A DNA stretch of 64,000 nt from NCBI GenBank assembly GCA_051252135.1, contig JBPOGH010000004.1:32001-96000 (forward strand), written 5' to 3'. This document shows, piece by piece, positions 59,378 through 64,000 of the stretch; position 1 is the first letter of the stretch, and every line of letters starts with the position of its first letter. The notes below the pieces were generated by a model. It was not told where the DNA came from and did no database searches. It was given only the letters and a program-made list of their open reading frames with translations. A program made the translations under genes and the position numbers. Origin of the DNA: Verrucomicrobiaceae bacterium (GTDB lineage Bacteria; Verrucomicrobiota; Verrucomicrobiia; Verrucomicrobiales; Akkermansiaceae).

Positions 59378-60094
59378 ATGGCGACACCACATTTGGAGGC
59401 GAGTGAAGGGCAGTTTGCGGAGACCGTGCTGCTGCCGGGAGATCCGCTGCGGGCGAATTTTATCGCGGAGACTTTTTTGGAGGATGTGGAGCAGGTGAAC
59501 GGGGTGCGGAATATGTTGGGGTTTACGGGGACGTATGAGGGGGTGCGAATTTCGGTGATGGGAAGCGGGATGGGGATTCCTTCGATTTCGATTTATGCGA
59601 AGGAGCTGATCACGGATTACGGGGTGAAGAATTTGATTCGGGTGGGGAGTTGCGGGGCGGTGTCGAAGGAGGTGAAGGTGCGTGATGTGTTGATCGGGAT
59701 GGGGGGCTGCACGGACAGCGGGGTGAATCGGGCGCGGTTTGGCGGGTATGATTTTGCGGCGATTGCGGACTATGATTTGCTGGCGGCGCATGTGGAGGCG
59801 GCGAGGGAGTTGGGTGTTCCGGTGAAGGTGGGGAATTTGTTTTCGGCTGATCTTTTTTACACACCGCAGCCGGAGATGTTTGACCGGATGGAGAAGATGA
59901 ATGTGCTGGGGGTGGAGATGGAGGCGGCGGGGCTGTTTGGGGTGTGTGCGGAGTTTGGGGCGCGCGGGATGGCGATTTGTACGGTGAGCGATCACATCCG
60001 GACGGGGGAGAGCACGACGAGTGAGGAGAGGCAGACGAGCTTTACGGCGATGATGAAGGTGGCGCTTGAGGCCGCGAGAAAGGTGGCGTCATGA
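59378..60094 (+). CDS. deoD: Purine nucleoside phosphorylase (DeoD-type)
   Basis: [40 protein letters not shown]. Confidence 0.97.
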   Translation: MATPHLEASEGQFAETVLLPGDPLRANFIAETFLEDVEQVNGVRNMLGFTGTYEGVRISVMGSGMGIPSISIYAKELITDYGVKNLIRVGSCGAVSKEVKVRDVLIGMGGCTDSGVNRARFGGYDFAAIADYDLLAAHVEAARELGVPVKVGNLFSADLFYTPQPEMFDRMEKMNVLGVEMEAAGLFGVCAEFGARGMAICTVSDHIRTGESTTSEERQTSFTAMMKVALEAARKVAS

Positions 60095-60477
60095 GTGATC
60101 AGGAATTGATCAAGGAGGCGCTGGCGGCAAGGGAGCGGGCGTATGCGCCGTACTCCGAGTTCCTAGTGGGTGCGGCGTTACTGGGGAAGTCGGGGAAGGT
60201 CTATGCCGGGTGCAATGTGGAGAATGCTTCCTACGGGTTGACGATTTGCGCGGAGCGGGTGGCGATGGGAACGGCGGTGAGTGCGGGGGAGAGGGAGTTT
60301 GAGGCGATTGCGATCGCGGTCAAAGGAGGCGGGAGTCCCTGTGGGGCGTGCCGTCAGGTGTTGCGCGAGTTTGCGCCGGAGCTGCGGGTGCTGATGTCCG
60401 ATGAGAACGGGACTCTGGTGCGGGAGATGTCGCTGGCGGAGCTCTTGCCGGAGAGCTTTGGACCGGAGTCGCTCTAG
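60091..60477 (+). CDS. cdd: Cytidine deaminase (homotetrameric type)
   Basis: AYAPYS.F.VGAA, GCNVEN, CAER, PCGACRQ, LLP.SF. Confidence 0.96.
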   Translation: MSDQELIKEALAARERAYAPYSEFLVGAALLGKSGKVYAGCNVENASYGLTICAERVAMGTAVSAGEREFEAIAIAVKGGGSPCGACRQVLREFAPELRVLMSDENGTLVREMSLAELLPESFGPESL

Positions 60478-61442
60478 AGAGCGGGGGTTCGTTTCACGCG
60501 GTAGTAGCGGAAGGGGCCTTTCGGGGTGGAAGTGTCGGTGAAGGTCACTGTGGTGGGACTGGTGACGTTGGTGAAGGAGGAATTTGGCAGAGAGGTGTCG
60601 ATCCAGGTTTCGAGATCGGTGGAATATTGGACCTGGTCATCGAAGCCCACTCCGGTCGACCAGGTGAGGGAGATGGTATTTGAGGGGGAGAAGGAATGGG
60701 TGACCGCGAAGGGGGGATTGGGCTCGACGGTGGCGGAGCGGATGCTGAGATCAGCGAGGAGGAGGAAGTTGTCACCGTAACCAAATCTGGAGGTGGCGTT
60801 GAGTTGCCACTCGAAGGCTACGAGCCCGAGATTGACAGGGTTCGAAGTGGCGGTGAATTGGGCGTTTTCGAAAAGCGGGTTTCCTCCGATGTCGGCTGAC
60901 CAGGTGTTGTTTTCGAGGTCAAGGGTGATGAAGAGGTTGAAGAGGTCGCCGGGAATGAAGTCGAGTTGGGTGTCGAAATTGCTGCTTCCGTCATCCCTCC
61001 AGATTCCGAATTTTGAGAGATCTGCGGCGGGGTCTTCGTTGTCAAAGCGGATGGAGGCAAGGCGTTCTGCTGCGGAATTGTAAATGCTAAGGTAGAAGTC
61101 ATCCCGGCGGAAATTTGTGTCTTCTGTAGAGTCCTCGATGCCGAGGAGGGCATCGATTTCGACAAGAGGAACACCGGTGGCGACGTGATCGTAGCCGAGA
61201 TCAAGGTAGACAAAGGTGAAGGTGGAGGCGGGTCGGTTGAACCCGAGGGAGGCGGTTTGGAGGAGCGCAGGGATGAGATCGGAGTCGATCGATTGGGCTC
61301 CCGAGGTGGAGTCGTTGGAGATCCAGCCGTCGAAGCCTGCCCATTGATTTATTCCGGAAGGGAAGTCATCAAAGTCGGTTTCGTACAAAAGATCGGCTTG
61401 CAGGAAAGGGGAAATGAATAAGAGGACAAAAAGCGCTTTCAC
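60474..61442 (-). CDS. Secreted hypothetical protein with conserved C-terminal domain
   Basis: Signal peptide, lectin-like acidic domain, LTW...QVQYSTDLETW...RYYRV. Confidence 0.75.
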   Translation of the reverse strand: MKALFVLLFISPFLQADLLYETDFDDFPSGINQWAGFDGWISNDSTSGAQSIDSDLIPALLQTASLGFNRPASTFTFVYLDLGYDHVATGVPLVEIDALLGIEDSTEDTNFRRDDFYLSIYNSAAERLASIRFDNEDPAADLSKFGIWRDDGSSNFDTQLDFIPGDLFNLFITLDLENNTWSADIGGNPLFENAQFTATSNPVNLGLVAFEWQLNATSRFGYGDNFLLLADLSIRSATVEPNPPFAVTHSFSPSNTISLTWSTGVGFDDQVQYSTDLETWIDTSLPNSSFTNVTSPTTVTFTDTSTPKGPFRYYRVKRTPAL

Positions 61443-61516
61443 AGAAGGAGCGTTTTTTATCGGGAATTAGGGTCTGTCACAAGGGAGCATTTTGGAAAGC
61501 CGTTTAACTGTGGGGT

Positions 61517-61553
61517 AAAAAAATAGAGGTAGCTCTTACGAGCTACCTCTAAT
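61517..61553 (-). terminator. Intrinsic terminator
   Basis: A-tract plus TAGAGGTAGCTC-TTAC-GAGCTACCTCTA perfect stem. Confidence 0.9.
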
Positions 61554-61576
61554 TCTGATGGGGGAATCAGACTGAA

Positions 61577-62155
61577 TTATTCGCCAGCGGCTGGGTCTTC
61601 ACTACCTGGGCGAGGATGTGGGCCGTCACCTGGGCGGGGACGATCTTCACCATCTCCAGGACGTGGAACGAAAGGACGTGGGCGGTGGTGACGGAGACGT
61701 GCGTTGAACTCATCGAGATCGACAGAGCCGTCTTCGTTTGCATCGAGACGTGCGAACATGGCAGCGACGCGCTCTTCAGGGGCACCTTCAAGGTGAGGAA
61801 TAGCGGCAAACTCTTCAAGGGTGAGGAGGCCGTCTTCACCAGCGATCTCGGCAAATTTCTCAGCGCGCTTGGCTTCGATTTCAGCACGGATGGCTTCGCG
61901 GGCAGCTTCACGCTCTTCCTGGGAGATTTCTCCGTCGCCATCGGTATCGATTTCAGCGCGGCGGGCTTCACGGGCAGCCTTGCGGGCTTCCTTGATGGCC
62001 TGGCGCTCTTCTTCGTCGATGGTGCCGTCTTCATTGACGTCATACTCCTGAAGGAATTCAGGGAGGGTGCCGTCGCCGAAGGATTTTTCGTCAGCTTGTG
62101 CGAAGGAAGCTCCACCAAGGAAGGTTCCAACGATCAGTAGGGATTTTAATTTCAT
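61577..62155 (-). CDS. Secreted EF-hand (calcium-binding) protein
   Basis: Signal peptide, DVNEDGTIDEEE, DTDGDGEISQEE, AGEDGLLTLEE, DANEDGSVDLDE, PRPGDG tail repeats. Confidence 0.88.
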   Translation of the reverse strand: MKLKSLLIVGTFLGGASFAQADEKSFGDGTLPEFLQEYDVNEDGTIDEEERQAIKEARKAAREARRAEIDTDGDGEISQEEREAAREAIRAEIEAKRAEKFAEIAGEDGLLTLEEFAAIPHLEGAPEERVAAMFARLDANEDGSVDLDEFNARLRHHRPRPFVPRPGDGEDRPRPGDGPHPRPGSEDPAAGE

Positions 62156-62220
62156 TTGTTCAGTTTGGTGAGGGTTTCGAAAGTGGTTTGGTGTTTTCAC
62201 TTTCTGTTGTCATGGGAAGT

Positions 62221-62247
62221 GACGCGGGGCGGTTACTTTTGGTTACA
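62221..62247 (-). promoter_or_regulatory. Candidate ECF-sigma promoter TGTAAC-N17-CGTC
   Basis: Motif read directly upstream of the EF-hand gene, with an ECF sigma gene nearby. Confidence 0.6.
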
Positions 62248-62399
62248 AAAATGAGATCTTTTTTTAAGAGGGTTGTGGATCAGGGAGTTGCGGGGTTATT
62301 TCTCCGCGTGGTTCCCAAGCGTTTTGGGGTGTCCCGATTGAGGGGGGCTTGAATTGGCGGGCAGGAGGCTCGCGCAAGAACTCCGGAACGTCGGGACGC

Positions 62400-63137
62400 C
62401 TACTGTCCGAGGAGTTCAAAGAGATTTCCTCCGGAGTGGGAGGAGGCTTCTCCGTCACCAGCAGCGGCGGAATCCGAGAAGCTGATGCCACCGGTTCCAG
62501 CGGTGTCATCGGTTACGGCGATCATTTCGCCATTGTCGATGGCTTCATCGAGGTCGTCCTCAAGTTGGCCGACGACGTCCTTCCACCAAGCGTCGTCATC
62601 GACTGCGGCTTCGGCGAGTGCGCTCTGTTGATCGGAGTCGAGGAGGGAGTAGATGCTTTCATCCAGAGTGCTTCCGGGAGCGACGTAGGGGAGGGAGTTG
62701 CCATTTACGAGCATGGCGGGATGAGCTTGATTGGAGTGGGCGACGATGAGGGGAAAGATTTGGCGTCGCTGGTCATCCGAAAGGTTGTATTTTTCGGTGA
62801 GTGACTCGAGTTTTTGGCGGGCGTGGCTCCGGGTTCCGAAGATGATGGCGTTGGCTTGGGCGAGGTGCTGATCACTCAGGCGGGAGATTGAGTCATCGGT
62901 GAGGCCGAGATCGTAGCGGGCGGCATCATCCGACCGTGTGGCACGGGCTCTGAGGGATCGTTCCCTTGATCGCTCGACTCTCATGGAGGGGCGGTGATCG
63001 TTTGTCAGGTGGCTGCGAGCACCCTCGTTGGCTTGTGCCCGGGTCTTGTCCTCACTGTTGATGAAGGAGATGGTGAACGCCAAGGTCCCTGCTACGACGA
63101 GCATCGTAACACCTAGAATAAACTGGGATCGGGACAT
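62400..63137 (-). CDS. Hypothetical membrane-anchored protein
   Basis: N-terminal TM, L...YNLSDDQRRQI helical motif, acidic tail. Confidence 0.7.
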   Translation of the reverse strand: MSRSQFILGVTMLVVAGTLAFTISFINSEDKTRAQANEGARSHLTNDHRPSMRVERSRERSLRARATRSDDAARYDLGLTDDSISRLSDQHLAQANAIIFGTRSHARQKLESLTEKYNLSDDQRRQIFPLIVAHSNQAHPAMLVNGNSLPYVAPGSTLDESIYSLLDSDQQSALAEAAVDDDAWWKDVVGQLEDDLDEAIDNGEMIAVTDDTAGTGGISFSDSAAAGDGEASSHSGGNLFELLGQ

Positions 63138-63167
63138 GGGGTTGGGAGGTTAATTTGCCGTAAAGTG

Positions 63168-63593
63168 TTATTCGGCAGATGATTTAAACCGCGAATTGAT
63201 GGCCCGTTGCAAACTTTTTCGATCTTTTTTGATTTTGGCCTGCTGCTGCTCATCAAGGTGGGGGAGGAGGCGATCATGGAGGTCGAGGAGATGGAGGTAG
63301 TAGTCCTCGACGGCCTGATCGCGACTGATTTGAATCTCCCGGGAGGTGGTTTTGACCTCGGATTCGACTTTTTCCCGTTGGGAATCTGTGAGAGCGAGGA
63401 AGTTGTTGAGGCGGTCGACGGTGCGCCCTTCCCAGGTTGCGGCGTCTTCATCGGAATTTCCGGCGAGGGCGAGGGGTGGGGAGAGATCCCGGCCTTTTTT
63501 TTCTCCCAAGAGGTATCCGACTCCGTATCCGCAGAGGAAGATGGCGAGGAGGGCCATGAGGATGGTGAGGTAGTCGCGAAGGCTGGGTTTCAT
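63168..63593 (-). CDS. Membrane-anchored periplasmic helical protein (Spy/CpxP-like)
   Basis: TM IFLCGYGVG, L.LTDSQREKV and LDEQQQAK motifs, within the ECF operon. Confidence 0.65.
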   Translation of the reverse strand: MKPSLRDYLTILMALLAIFLCGYGVGYLLGEKKGRDLSPPLALAGNSDEDAATWEGRTVDRLNNFLALTDSQREKVESEVKTTSREIQISRDQAVEDYYLHLLDLHDRLLPHLDEQQQAKIKKDRKSLQRAINSRFKSSAE

Positions 63594-63868
63594 GGTGCGG
63601 AGGGATTGGTGGGCGGTTCGGGCTGGATGATGGGGCCTTGGGACGGGGCATCATCACGGAGGAAAAGGAAGATGGCGAGGAAGATGAGGCCGGCAAGGAT
63701 GGCGGCAAGGAGGGACCATTTGCGCCAGGTGAGGGCAAGCATGAGGGCGTGGACGCGTTGGCGTAGCGACTTGATGCTGGGTTGGGGCGGGGGTGGGGGC
63801 TCGCTTTGGTCGCCAACGGTTTTGGTGGCGTCGACGAGGCGTTTCCATGGGTCATCCGGTTGGTTCAT
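63590..63868 (-). CDS. Putative single-TM anti-sigma factor
   Basis: Start overlaps the ECF sigma stop (ATGA). Short cytoplasmic W.RLV.A domain plus one TM. Confidence 0.55.
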   Translation of the reverse strand: MNQPDDPWKRLVDATKTVGDQSEPPPPPQPSIKSLRQRVHALMLALTWRKWSLLAAILAGLIFLAIFLFLRDDAPSQGPIIQPEPPTNPSAP

Positions 63869-64000
63869 GACGGGCGATCTTGGGGTTGGAGTTTTTTAAG
63901 TTGTTCCGTGAGTTTGCGGCGGGCGCGCATGGCGGTGACTTTGACTTTGGAGTCTCCCCAACCGGTGAGATCACAGACATCTTGCACGCTGTTTTCCTCG
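63865..64000 (-). CDS. ECF RNA polymerase sigma factor, region 4 (5'-truncated by window edge)
   Basis: Manual translation EENSVQDVCDLTGWGDSKVKVTAMRARRKL...* matches the sigma4 HTH pattern. Not in the ORF track. Confidence 0.8.
   Translation of the reverse strand, partial: EENSVQDVCDLTGWGDSKVKVTAMRARRKLTEQLKKLQPQDRPS

Overview
A 64-kb GC-rich bacterial chromosome segment. Gene content points to Verrucomicrobiales or another PVC lineage (inferred from a DUF1501 + DUF1549/1553 pair, a PVC-type heme-binding dehydrogenase, a PEP-CTERM protein and a SET-domain protein). Housekeeping genes (lpxK, moaA, tpiA, pgk, plsX-rpmF-yceD, aat, a miaA-like gene, parB, psd, resB-ccsA, deoB-deoD-cdd) are interspersed with carbohydrate-active and secreted proteins, and an ECF sigma operon runs off the right end. 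The + strand is strongly G-rich whatever the gene orientation, which produces many spurious long ORFs. I found no rRNA, tRNA, CRISPR array or intact IS. The most unusual features are: (i) mosaic intergenic arrays of different short repeat modules separated by a recurrent GCTTGGTTG(A/G)GGGG linker; (ii) a four-helix-bundle pseudogene bracketed by inverted heptad repeats, splitting the DUF1553-DUF1501 pair; (iii) a 211-bp MITE with TIRs and a TA duplication inside a truncated copy of a neighbouring gene; (iv) a C-terminal domain shared by unrelated secreted proteins; (v) degenerate MiaA-like and TlpA-like proteins. All product calls come from motif recognition by eye, not database searches.
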